Shown here: positions 40,654 to 52,339 of the stretch, one piece after another
How positions within the stretch are numbered: the stretch's first letter is position 1
Layout: each line of letters begins with the position of its first letter
Source of the DNA: an uncultured bacterium
Lineage (GTDB): Bacteria > Krumholzibacteriota > Krumholzibacteriia > JACNKJ01
Assembly (NCBI GenBank): GCA_963695095.1
Contig: CAVOFT010000001.1
Coordinates: forward strand, 1,216,001-1,280,000
Direction of reading: 5' to 3'
DNA: 64,000 nucleotides
Translations under genes and position numbers: made by a program
Notes under the pieces: model-generated
Database searches by the model: none
What the model was told of the DNA's origin: nothing
The model's input: only the letters and a program-made list of their open reading frames with translations

Positions 40654-42047
40654 TCCGACCCGACAGCAGCTTGGTCGACGAGGAACGCATCTGGGCAACC
40701 CTGGCCGCAGCGGGGCCGGCCGACGCCCGCCGGATCCGCGAGGTGCTGGCACGCGCGCGCGAACTGGCCGGCCTGGCCGCCGCCGATGTGGCCGCCCTGG
40801 CCGGGATCAGCGATCCGGAACTGCTGGGCGAGTTGTTCGAGACGGCCCGAGCCGTGAAGGAGGAGATCTACGGCCGCCGGCTGGTGCTCTTCGCGCCCCT
40901 GTACGTCTCCAATCTCTGCGGCAACGATTGCGCCTACTGCGCCTTCCGGGCCAGCAACCGCGAGATCCAGCGGCGGGCGCTGACCCAGATGGAGATCGCG
41001 CAGGAGACGCGCGTCCTCGTGGAGCAGGGCCACAAGCGGGTGCTGCTGGTGGCCGGCGAGTCCTACCCGCGCGAGGGCTTCGATTACATCCTGCGGGCCA
41101 TCGACACGGTCTATGCCACGAAGTGCGGCGGGGGCGAGATCCGCCGCATCAACGTCAATGTGGCCCCCCTGAGCGAGCTGGAGTTCCGCCGGCTGGGGGA
41201 GCGCCGCATCGGCACCTACCAGCTATTCCAGGAGACTTACCACCACGAGACCTACCGGACCGTGCACCCGCGCGGGCGCAAGGCCGACTACGACTGGCGC
41301 CTCAGCGCCATCGACCGCGCCTTCGCCGCCGGCATCGACGATGTCGGCATCGGCGTGCTCTTCGGGCTCTTCGACTGGCGCTTCGAGCTGCTCGCGCTGC
41401 TGCAGCACATCAGCTACCTGGAAGCGCGCTTCGGCGTGGGTCCGCACACGATCAGCGTGCCGCGTCTGGAGCCGGCCACGGGCTCCGACATGGCCAGCCA
41501 CCCGCCGCGCCCCGTCTCCGACCTCGATTTCCGCAAGCTGGTCGCCATCCTCCGCCTGGCCGTGCCCTACACGGGGATCATCCTGTCCACGCGCGAGTCG
41601 GCGGCGCTGCGCCGGGAGACCTTTGCGCTCGGCGTCTCCCAGATCTCGGCCGGCAGCCGCACGAACCCGGGCGGCTACGCCGATGGCGCCGACGAGGAGG
41701 GCGCCGGCCAGTTCTGCCTGGGCGATCACCGGTCTCTGGACGAGGTGATCCGCGACCTTGCCCAGCTCGGCTACGTGCCCTCCTTCTGCACGGCCTGCTA
41801 TCGGCTGGGGCGGACGGGGGCAGACTTCATGGATCTGGCCAAGCCGGGGGCGATCAAGGAACACTGCGCGCCCAACGCTCTCGCCACCTTCCAGGAGTAC
41901 CTGGCTGATTACGCCTCGCCCGCGACGCGCATCCTCGGCGAGGTCTGCGTTCACGAACATCTGGCCGACATGGGTCCGGCCTCCCGCCAGCGGGCGGAAT
42001 CCATGCTCGCCCGCGTGCGCGGGGGCGAGCGCGACGTCTACTGCTGA
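40650..42047 (+). CDS. hydG: [FeFe]-hydrogenase H-cluster radical SAM maturase HydG
   Basis: FAPLYVSNLCGNDCAYC, FQETYH and C-terminal SFCTACYR...HC auxiliary cluster motif. Confidence 0.95.
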   Translation: MIRPDSSLVDEERIWATLAAAGPADARRIREVLARARELAGLAAADVAALAGISDPELLGELFETARAVKEEIYGRRLVLFAPLYVSNLCGNDCAYCAFRASNREIQRRALTQMEIAQETRVLVEQGHKRVLLVAGESYPREGFDYILRAIDTVYATKCGGGEIRRINVNVAPLSELEFRRLGERRIGTYQLFQETYHHETYRTVHPRGRKADYDWRLSAIDRAFAAGIDDVGIGVLFGLFDWRFELLALLQHISYLEARFGVGPHTISVPRLEPATGSDMASHPPRPVSDLDFRKLVAILRLAVPYTGIILSTRESAALRRETFALGVSQISAGSRTNPGGYADGADEEGAGQFCLGDHRSLDEVIRDLAQLGYVPSFCTACYRLGRTGADFMDLAKPGAIKEHCAPNALATFQEYLADYASPATRILGEVCVHEHLADMGPASRQRAESMLARVRGGERDVYC

Positions 42048-42056
42048 GGTGGGGCC

Positions 42057-43469
42057 GTGAACGAACGCCGAGAACGGGACGCCCTGGGCGAACTTGCCGG
42101 CCCGGCCGCTGACCTCGCGGGCGTCCACACCTGGCGGGCGGAGGCGAACTTCGACGTCGCCGGTCGCCCCGTGCGGCCCGCCCTCGTCGAGGCCTACGGA
42201 CTCGTCAAGCAGGCGGCGATCCGCACGCTGCGCGAGCTGGGCCACTGGGCCGAGGCACCGGCCAAGGCCGCGGCGATGGAGCAGGCCTGCGCCGAGATGG
42301 CCGTGGGCACGCTTACCGTCCACGTTCGCGTGGACGCCCTGCAGGGCGGCGCCGGCACCAGCACCAACATGAACGTCAACGAGGTGCTGGCCAATCGCGC
42401 CCTGCAGTTGCTCGGCGCCGTGCCCGGGGATCATGTCCAGGTGTCGCCGCTGAGGGATCTCAACCGGCAGCAGTCCACCAACGACACCTATCCCACCGCA
42501 CTGCGCGTGGCCGCCTTGCGCGGTTTGATCGCGCTTGAGCAGGCGGTGCTCGCGCTCCAGGAGGCCTTCCAGGTCAAGGAGCGCGAACTGGCCGATGTGG
42601 TCAAGGTCGGCCGGACCCAGCTTCAGGACGCCGTGCTCGTCACCTTGGGCCGCGAGATGGGCGCCTACGCCGAGGCGATCGGGCGGGACCGCTGGCGCCT
42701 CTACAAGGCCCGGGAGCGGTTGCGCATCATCAACCTGGGCGGTACAGCGGTGGGTACGGGTCTGGGTGCCGAACGTGAATACATCTTTCGCGTCGTCGAC
42801 ACCCTGCGTGCGCTTTCCGGCCTGCCCCTCGCCCGGGCGGAGAACCTGATCGACGCTACGCAGAACGCCGATCTCTTCGCCGAGGTGAGTGGCCTGCTCA
42901 AGTGCCTGGCCGTCAACCTGATCAAGATTGGCAACGACCTGCGCCTCCTGGCCTCGGGCCCCGAGGCGGGCCTGGGCGAACTGCGCCTGCCCGCGCGGCA
43001 GGAGGGCTCGACGATCATGCCCGGCAAGGTGAACCCCGTGATCCCCGAGGCGGCCGTGCAGGCCGGCCTGCGCTGTCTGGGCGCCGACCTCGCGATCACC
43101 CAGGCCTGTGCGCTGGGCAGCCTCGAGCTCAATCCCTTCCTGCCCCTGGTGGCGGACGAGCTGCTGGGCACGATCGGGGAGCTGACCCGCGCCTGCACAC
43201 TGCTGCGCCTGCACTGCATCGAGGGTCTGAGCGCGGACCGCGAGCGCTGCCGGATGCAGGTGGAAGGTAGCACGGCGGCGGCGACCGCGATCGCCGCCCG
43301 GCTCGGCCACGCCGAGGCGGCTCGCCTGGCGGCGCAGGCGACGGCGGCGGGCCGTCCCCTGCGGGCACTCGTCGTCGAGGCGGGCCTGCTCAGCGATGCC
43401 GAGTTCAGTGCGCTGATCGCGCCTGCGGCCGTCACGCGCCTCGGCCAGCCGGACGGGGAGGGGCCATGA
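42057..43469 (+). CDS. aspA: Aspartate ammonia-lyase
   Basis: QGGAGTSTNMN, QSTNDTYPTA, GRTQLQDA (aspartase type) and GSTIMPGKVNP. Confidence 0.88.
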   Translation: MNERRERDALGELAGPAADLAGVHTWRAEANFDVAGRPVRPALVEAYGLVKQAAIRTLRELGHWAEAPAKAAAMEQACAEMAVGTLTVHVRVDALQGGAGTSTNMNVNEVLANRALQLLGAVPGDHVQVSPLRDLNRQQSTNDTYPTALRVAALRGLIALEQAVLALQEAFQVKERELADVVKVGRTQLQDAVLVTLGREMGAYAEAIGRDRWRLYKARERLRIINLGGTAVGTGLGAEREYIFRVVDTLRALSGLPLARAENLIDATQNADLFAEVSGLLKCLAVNLIKIGNDLRLLASGPEAGLGELRLPARQEGSTIMPGKVNPVIPEAAVQAGLRCLGADLAITQACALGSLELNPFLPLVADELLGTIGELTRACTLLRLHCIEGLSADRERCRMQVEGSTAAATAIAARLGHAEAARLAAQATAAGRPLRALVVEAGLLSDAEFSALIAPAAVTRLGQPDGEGP

Positions 43470-44719
43470 GTCGCGTCCGCTCCGCGAGCAAGGCCTTCCG
43501 CCTGCACGTCGGCATCTTCGGCCGCCGCAACGCGGGCAAATCCAGCCTACTGAACGCGCTCGCCCGCCAGGACGTGGCCATCGTGTCGGCCGAGCCGGGC
43601 ACGACCACGGACCCGGTGGAGAAGGCGATGGAGCTGCAGCCGATCGGCCCTGTTTTGCTCATCGACACGGCGGGGCTGGATGACGAGGGCAGCCTGGGCG
43701 AGCAGCGCGTCGCGCGCAGTCGGCGTGTGCTCGAACGCACGGACCTCGGGCTGCTGGTGGCCGCGGGGAGCACCTGGGGCGAGCCCGAGGAAACGTTGCT
43801 CGCCGAGCTCGCCGCACGCGGCGTGCCGGCCGCGGTTGCCTTCAATCGGGCGGACGAAGCGGCGCCCGCGGCGGCGACCCTGGCGCGCCTGGCTGCGGCC
43901 GGCATCCCCTGGGTGGCGACGACGGCGACCACCAGCGCCGGCCTGGAGGCCCTGCGGGCGCTGATCATCCTGCAGACGCCCGCCGAGTTCCTCGAGGAGC
44001 CAGCCCTCGTCAGCGACCTCGTCGGTCCCGGCGAACTGGCCCTGCTCGTGGTGCCCATCGACAAGGAGGCGCCCAAAGGGCGCCTGATCATGCCTCAGGT
44101 GCAGGCCATCCGCGATCTCCTCGATGGCGACGCGCTCTGTTTGGTGGTCAAGGAGCGCGAGCTGGCCGAAGCGCTGGCCCTGCTGAAGAAGCCGCCGCGC
44201 CTGGTCGTCACGGACTCGCAGGCCTTCCTGAAGGTGGCCGCCGACGTGCCGCCCGCGATCCCGCTCACCAGCTTCTCGATCCTGCTCGCCCGCTACCGCG
44301 GCGATCTCCTCGCGCAGACGGAAGGCGCGCTCGCCATCGCGCGCTTGCGCCCGGACGACCGCGTGCTGATCGCCGAGGCCTGCAGCCACCATCCGGTGGG
44401 CGAGGACATCGGGCGCGTCAAGATCCCGCGCTGGCTGACGCAGGTGGTGGGCGGCGCGCTGCGCATCGACACCGTGCAGGGTCTCGACTTCCCGGAGGAC
44501 TTGGGCGACTACCAGCTGGTGATCCACTGCGGAGCCTGCACCATCACCCGCCGCACCGTGCTCGGTCGGCTCTCGCGTTGCCGCGAGGCGGGCGTGCCGA
44601 TGACCAACTACGGACTTGCCATCGCCGCCAGCCTGGGCATCCTCGAGCGGGCGCTCTCTCCCTTCCCCGCTGCGCAGGCCGTCCTCGCACGCTCCAGGCC
44701 ACCGCAGCACAGCCGCTGA
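43466..44719 (+). CDS. hydF: [FeFe]-hydrogenase maturation GTPase HydF
   Basis: GRRNAGKS, GTTTDPV, DTAG, APKGRLI, EACSHH and HCGAC motifs. Confidence 0.96.
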   Translation: MSRVRSASKAFRLHVGIFGRRNAGKSSLLNALARQDVAIVSAEPGTTTDPVEKAMELQPIGPVLLIDTAGLDDEGSLGEQRVARSRRVLERTDLGLLVAAGSTWGEPEETLLAELAARGVPAAVAFNRADEAAPAAATLARLAAAGIPWVATTATTSAGLEALRALIILQTPAEFLEEPALVSDLVGPGELALLVVPIDKEAPKGRLIMPQVQAIRDLLDGDALCLVVKERELAEALALLKKPPRLVVTDSQAFLKVAADVPPAIPLTSFSILLARYRGDLLAQTEGALAIARLRPDDRVLIAEACSHHPVGEDIGRVKIPRWLTQVVGGALRIDTVQGLDFPEDLGDYQLVIHCGACTITRRTVLGRLSRCREAGVPMTNYGLAIAASLGILERALSPFPAAQAVLARSRPPQHSR

Positions 44720-44753
44720 AAGCAGCCGCCGCGCGCGGTCATCGCCAAGCGAA

Positions 44754-44779
44754 ACGCCCGCCCCGGCCGGGACGGGCGT
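44754..44779. terminator. Hairpin between the convergent hyd and hox operons (possible bidirectional terminator)
   Basis: ACGCCCG...CGGGCGT inverted repeat. Confidence 0.45.
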
Positions 44780-44802
44780 CTGCGCAGAGGCCGCTGGCGT
44801 GC

Positions 44803-45177
44803 CTAGCCCAGCTTGGCCTTGATCAGGGAAATCAGGCGGTCCTTGCTGACGGGCTTCTGCAGCACGCCGGCCAGGCCGAGCGTGGAGACGTCCACGGCCA
44901 TCGCCAGGTTGTCGCCCGTGGAGCTGAGCATGAGAATGGGGGCCTTGTTGCCCAGCACCCGCAGCTCGCGAACGAAATTGGTCCCCGCATCCACCTCTTC
45001 CATCATCAGATCGACGATGATGAGGTCGGGCTGCTTCTCCTTGTAGGCCCGCAGCCCCTCCTCGGCGCTGGGCGCCTCCACCATCTGAAAGCCCTCGCTC
45101 TCCAGGACGATGCGCAGATAGGAGAGGATGTCGGGATCGTCGTCAATGCACAGGATCACGGTCTTGCCATCTTTCAT
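44803..45177 (-). CDS. Single-domain response regulator receiver
   Basis: ILCIDDD, DLMMEE and KP motifs; last gene of the hox operon. Confidence 0.9.
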   Translation of the reverse strand: MKDGKTVILCIDDDPDILSYLRIVLESEGFQMVEAPSAEEGLRAYKEKQPDLIIVDLMMEEVDAGTNFVRELRVLGNKAPILMLSSTGDNLAMAVDVSTLGLAGVLQKPVSKDRLISLIKAKLG

Positions 45178-45694
45178 GCGTCACCCTCTTCAATCGCGGC
45201 GGCCGGGCCGGGCGCCGCATCAGGGACCGCTGTCCAGCGGCGCGCAGGCAGCACGCGCTGGGCCCAGTCCAAGGCCGCGGCGAGATTGGTCGCGGCCCGT
45301 ACGGACAGACCCTCGCCGAACTCGTTGAACTCATAGCCCCGAATCCCCAGCAACCAGGTTTCGGGTTCGGCTCCGAAGAGATCCTTGGCCAGCGCCAGCA
45401 CCGCCTCCGGCTGCACGCTGTGCGTGCTGAAGCTCGCCGTCTTCGCCGCCGGGGCCAGCCGGCGCACCGAGAAGGGCTCCGGCCGGCGCTGTCGGCGTCG
45501 ACGAAGACCACCACGCTCGCTGGCCGCGGCGACGGCGGCGTCCTCCACGCGTCAGCTGGTAGTTCGATCTCGACCTGCACGCCGGGCAGCGCCAGCTCCG
45601 CGATGGCGCCGGCGAAGGCCGGGCCCAGGCCGTCGTCCCGGCGGCCCGGGTTGCCGTAGCCGATCACCAGGAGCTCGGCGCCGGCCGGGCTCAT
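45174..45694 (-). pseudogene. hoxW: Hydrogenase maturation protease, frameshifted as sequenced
   Basis: LVIGYGNPGRRDDGLG N-terminus; VFVDA and STH..FGEGLS lie in other frames. Confidence 0.8.
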
Positions 45695-47150
45695 GTCGTC
45701 CGCTGCCGGTCGATGCAGGCCGCCTCGGCGTCGCGCAGCTCGACCTCCAGCGGCATCTGGCCCAGGGCGTGCGTCGCGCAGGACAGGCAGGGATCGTAGG
45801 CGCGGATGCGCCACCTCGACGTGGTTGAGCAGGCCCTCGGTGATCTCCGGCTTGCCGGCGAGGTAGTCCTCGGCGACCTGCTGCACCGCCCGGTTCATCG
45901 GCTCGTTGTTGTTGGTCGTCGAGACGATCAGGTTGGCCATCGTCGACCTGGTCGTTCTCGTCCACCCGGTAGTGGTGGAAGAGCGTGCCGCGCGGCGCCT
46001 CGAGCGATGGCCGACCGCCTCGCCGCGGCGCTCGCCCTTGACGACGAGGTCCGTGCCCTGCAGGTCGGGGTCGTCCAGCAGCTCCCGGATCTTCTCGACC
46101 GCGTGCAGCAGCTCGATCATCCGCGCCCAGTGGTAGGCCATGGTGACGTTGTTCGGCTTGCCGCCGGTGACGCGCCATGAACTCCTTGCGCGCCGCCTCG
46201 GCCTCCGGCGTGTCGATGAAGTCGCAGGCGTTGACCCGCGCCAGCGGGCCCGACCCGGTACCAGCCGTCCTCCGGGCCGATGCGACTTGATGAAGGGGAA
46301 CTTCATGTAGGACCAGGGCCGGACCTCCTCGGCGATGTACGTCGAGGTAGTCCTGGTAGTCGACCTGGTCGAAGATCGTGCTTGCCCTCGGCGTCGATGG
46401 CCCGCAGGCCGCCGTCGTAGAGGTCCATGGCGCCGTCCGCGCGCACGAGCGAGAGGTGGTTCGAGTCGAAGGAGCCGAAGTCGCGCCAGCTCTCGAGGTG
46501 CTCGACCGTGTAGTCCTTGGCGATCTTCAGCGGCGCCGCGGCACCACTCGACCATCTGGTCGATGTCCTCGAGGAAGCCGTCGCGCTCCGCGATCGAGAG
46601 GTTCTTGTTGACGCCGCCGGGGATCGCGCCGGTGCCGTGGATCTTCTTGCCGGCCGTGGCCTTGATGATCTCCTGGCCGTACTTGCGCATCATGACGCCC
46701 TGCACGGCCAGCTCCGGGTACTCGGCCGCCACGCCGATGACGTTGCGCATGGCCACGGGTCGGCGTCGAAGCCGAAGAGCAGGTCCGGGCGAGCGAGGTG
46801 GAAGAAGTGCAGCGCGTGCGACTGGAAGATCTGCCCGTAGTGCATCAGCCGGCGCATCTTCTCGGCCGTCGGCGTGAGCTTCTCGCCGCCGACGATGCCG
46901 TCCATCGCCTTGGCCGCGCGCCAGGTGGTGGCTGACCGGGCAGATGCCGCAGAGCCGCTGCACGAGCACCGGCACCTCCCAGTAGGGCCGGCCCTGGATG
47001 AAGCGCTCGAAGCCGCGGAACTCGACGATGTGCAGCCGCGCCTGCTCGACCTCGCTCTGCTTCGTCCAGCAGGATGGTGACCTTGCCGTGCCCCTCGACG
47101 CGGGTCACCGGCTCGATGACGATCTTCGTTCGTGTCGTTGCGGTCGCCAT
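45691..47150 (-). pseudogene. hoxH: Group 3d [NiFe]-hydrogenase large subunit, multiple frameshifts (possibly artefactual)
   Basis: [23 protein letters not shown] (L1), EAPRGTLFHHY and [12 protein letters not shown] (L2) spread over several frames. Confidence 0.88.
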
Positions 47151-47163
47151 GGTCGTCTCCTCC

Positions 47164-47718
47164 TCAGTCGTACTTGATCAGCTCGTAGGGCAGCTCGACC
47201 GGCTTGTCCGTCGAGCAGCGCCACCAGCGCCTGCCCAGATCGTGTCCGCCGGCGGCGGGCAGCCCGGGCAGGTGGTAGTCGATCTTCACCACCTCGTGGC
47301 ACGGGTAGACCTTGTTCGAGCAGCAGCGGGATCTCCGGGTCGTCGGGGATCTTGCCGCTCGGGTTGTGCACCGTCGGGCCGTTCAGGTAGGCCTCGTCGA
47401 GGCACTCCTCGCAGCGGGATCGTGTTGCGCATCGCCGGGATGCCGCCCGCTGATCGCGCAGTCGCCGACCGAGACGAGGACGTCGCAGTGCTTGCGGAAG
47501 TCCTGCAGCACGTGGACGTTCTCCTCGTTGCAGCAGCCGCCCTCGATCGAGGCCGACCGCGCAGCGGCCGGTGAACGTCCTTGATGTCGTTGATCGGGCG
47601 ACTTGTCGAAGTCGACCAGCTCGGCGAGCTCGAGGATGCGCTCGTCGATGTCGAGGAGCGACATGTGGCAGCCGAAGCAGCCGGCCAGCGACGTCGTTGC
47701 GACTTCGGGTTTCGCCAT
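47164..47718 (-). pseudogene. hoxY: Group 3d [NiFe]-hydrogenase small subunit, frameshifted
   Basis: SLAGCFGCHMS, EGGCCNEEN, GDCA and LPGCPP motifs. Confidence 0.85.
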
Positions 47719-47730
47719 GGTCGTCTCTCC

Positions 47731-48459
47731 TCAGTCGCTCGGCCGGTGCGCCGTGCTTCGATGTCCGAGCCGATCGGCTCGTGGTCGTACAGGCGCTGGC
47801 CGACCGGCACGCGCGTAGCCGACCCGCTTGCGCAGCAGGGCGCCGACCGGGCAGACGTCGACGCGCCTGGTCGGTGACGTCGGCGTCGGTGTCGCCGAGA
47901 GCGCGGCCCGGCGTTGACCGCGAGCCGCTTGTGCGGCGCCGCGGCCGACGAACTCGAAGACGTGCTTGCCGTCGAGGTCCCGCGAGGCGCGCACGCAGCG
48001 GGCGCAGAGGATGCAGCGGTTGCGGTCGATGAAGATGTCGGGGTGCGACGCGTCGACGTCGCGCTCCGGGAACAGGTAGCGGGAAGCGCGGCGCCGTGAT
48101 GCCGAAGCCGGTAGGCCAGCGCCTGCAGCTCGCAGTTGCCGCTCTTCTCGCAGAACATGCAGAAGTGGTTGCCCTCGACGAAGAGCATGTCGACGATGTC
48201 CCGCGCGAATGGCGTTGAGCTGCCTCCGTGTCGTTCTCGACGACCATGCCCTCCGCGACCGGCTGCGTGCAGGCCGCCTGCGGCCGGCCGTTGACGCAGC
48301 ACCGTGCAGACGCGGCAGCTGCCGAAGGGGGCGAGGTCCTTGTAGGCGCACAGGCGCGGGATGTAGACGCCCGCCGCGTCCGGCGGCCTCCAGGATCGTC
48401 TGCCCGGCGTGGGCCGTGATCGCCTTGCCGTCGATGGTGAGGGTGACCGTGTCGCTCAT
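47731..48459 (-). pseudogene. hoxU: Diaphorase Fe-S subunit, frameshifted
   Basis: TIDG...GQTILEAA, EGNHFCMFCEKSGNCEL, NRCILCARCVR and CPVGAL across frames. Confidence 0.85.
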
Positions 48460-48472
48460 CGTGGCTGCCCTC

Positions 48473-50314
48473 CTAGCTCTTGAAGTGCACCGACTCGCGA
48501 CCGGTCAGGGCCTCGGCCTGGCTGAGTTCGCGGCTGGATGTCGAAGCCCGGCTGGCGGCCCTCGGCGGGCTGCCGGACGCGGGCCGTCGTAGGCATCGCG
48601 GAAGTTCTCCAGCGCTGCGTCAGGACCGGATTCGGCGAGGTCTGCCCGAGGCCGCAGCGGCTGGCGGTCTTCACGCTCCTGGCCAGGCTCTCGCAGGTAG
48701 TCGAGGTCGGCCGGCTCGCCGCGGCCGCGCGACGATGCGGTCGAGCCGCTCCTTGCAGCAGCACGTTGCCGACGCGGCAGGGCGTGCAGTAGCCGCAGCT
48801 CTCCTCGACGAAGAACTCCATGAACTCGCGCGACGATCTCGAGCAGGTCGCGCTCCGGGCCGAAGACCATGATCGAGCCGCCGGTGGCCAGGTCGTCGTA
48901 GCAGATCGTGCGGTCGAAGTCCGCCGGGCCGACCATCTGGCCGCTCGGGCCGCCGACCTGGACGCGCCATGGCGTCGTCGCGCGCCGGCACAGTCTCGAG
49001 CACCTCGCGCAGCGGTGATGCCGAAGGGCACCTCGTAGACGCCGGGCCGGCTGCAGTCGCCGGAGATGCTGAGCAGCTTCGTGCCCGGTGCTGCCGCGTC
49101 GAGCCGAGCTCGGCGAACCAGCCCGGGCCCTTCTCCAGGATCCGCGTCGACGCAGCAGAGCGTCTCGACGTTGTTGACGATGGTCGGGCGGCCGAGGTAG
49201 CCCTTCTGGGCCGGGAACGGCGGCCGGTTCTTCGGGTCGCCGCGCAGGCCCTCGCAGGAGCTGATCAGCGCGGTCTCCTCGCCGCAGACGTAGGCGCCGG
49301 CGCCCATCTGGATGCGGATGTCGAAGTCGAAGCCCTGCTTGCCGCATGACGTTCTTGCCCAGCAGCCCGTCGCTCGCGCCGCTCGCTCGAGCACGTCCTC
49401 GAGGAAGCCGCGCAGGTAGGCGTACTCGCCGCGCAGGTAGAGGATGCCCGTGCTCGGCGCCGATGGCGTAGCCGGCGATCGTCATGCCCTCGAAGAGCAG
49501 GTCGGCGCGCTCGGTGAGGAGCACGCGGTCCTTGAAGGTGCCCGGCTCGCCCTCGTCGGCGTTGCAGATCACGTACCTTGTCGCTCGCCGGCGGCGCCGC
49601 GCGTGAACTCCCACTTCATGCCGGTCGGGAAGCCGGCGCCGCCGCGGCCGCGCAGGCGCGCCGTCTTGACGTGCGCGGATCACCTCGGCCGGGCTCATCG
49701 CCAGCGCCTTGCGCAGGCCTCGCCCGGGCTCGATCTCGGCGAAGAGCACCGGGCCGCGGCTGGCGGATGTTGTTGTGGACCATCGGCGCGCACGAGGTCG
49801 TGGGCGTTGTTGCCGTCGCCGAGCGTCGCACCAGGCTGCTGCGGATCCATGTGCTCCCTGCAGCTTCGCGCGACGACCTCGCGCGCCATGTCGGCGCTGA
49901 GGTCGGTGACGACGACGTCGTTGACCAGCGCGGCCGGCGCCTGGTCGCACATGCCGATGCAGGGCGTCCGCTCCAGCGTGATCTCGCCGTCCGGCGTCGT
50001 CTCGCCGAAGTCGATGCCGAGCTCCTCGCGCAGGGCATCGGCCACGCGCTCGCTGCCGCGCATCTCGTCGATGATGTCGTCGCAGAGCCGGATGACGACC
50101 TTGCCCTGCGGCTCGTCGGAGAGGAAGCGTAGAAGGAGACGAGGCTCTCGACCTCGACCCGCGTGCAGCGCAGAGCCTCGGCGATGAGCTGCTGAGCCTC
50201 GGGCGTGACGCAGCCCTGGCTCGCCTGCACGGCGCGCACGATGTCCATCAGCCGCGTGCGGTCGTTGCCATGAGCCTGGCAGCATTCCTTGACCACCGTC
50301 TTGAGTGTGCTCAT
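48473..50314 (-). pseudogene. hoxF: Diaphorase flavoprotein (fused NuoE+NuoF, Cupriavidus-type HoxF), frameshifted
   Basis: [46 protein letters not shown] and ESCGYCTPCR across frames; TAG at 48473-48475. Confidence 0.85.
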
Positions 50315-50410
50315 CGATCACCTCTTCGCAGGTCCGTGGTCCGGGCGCGCCGCGCAGGCGCAGCGCGCGCACTCGCGCCGGCTCCCGGTGCCGCCTGCGC
50401 GAGCGATTGC

Positions 50411-50500
50411 TCGTTCATTCGCGCACAACTTACACGGGAGCGGGGCTATTTCAAGACATGCGGGCCCTGGATTTCTCCATATTCGGGAATTATTTCACAT
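50411..50500 (-). promoter_or_regulatory. hox promoter region with candidate Rex box
   Basis: Minus strand TTGAAA-N16-TAAGTT (50454-50427); TCGGGAATTATTTCACAT (50483-50500) matches 11 of 14 positions of TTGTGAA-N4-TTCACAA. Confidence 0.5.
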
Positions 50501-50537
50501 GGACTGCGCAAACCGGAATTCGTCCAAGATGGCGCGG

Positions 50538-52339
<1,802 letters not shown>

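Noticed and set aside
39882..42047. 721-aa HydG with an N-terminal extension
   Set aside because: The extension overlaps hydE out of frame; an RBS and ATGA overlap support a start at 40650.
45760..45810. [NiFeSe] hydrogenase
   Set aside because: The L2 motif reads DPCLSCATH with Cys codons and no UGA.
45143..46975. HoxH-HoxW fusion protein (610-aa ORF)
   Set aside because: It results from frameshifts; hoxH has its own stop at 45691-45693 overlapping the hoxW ATG.
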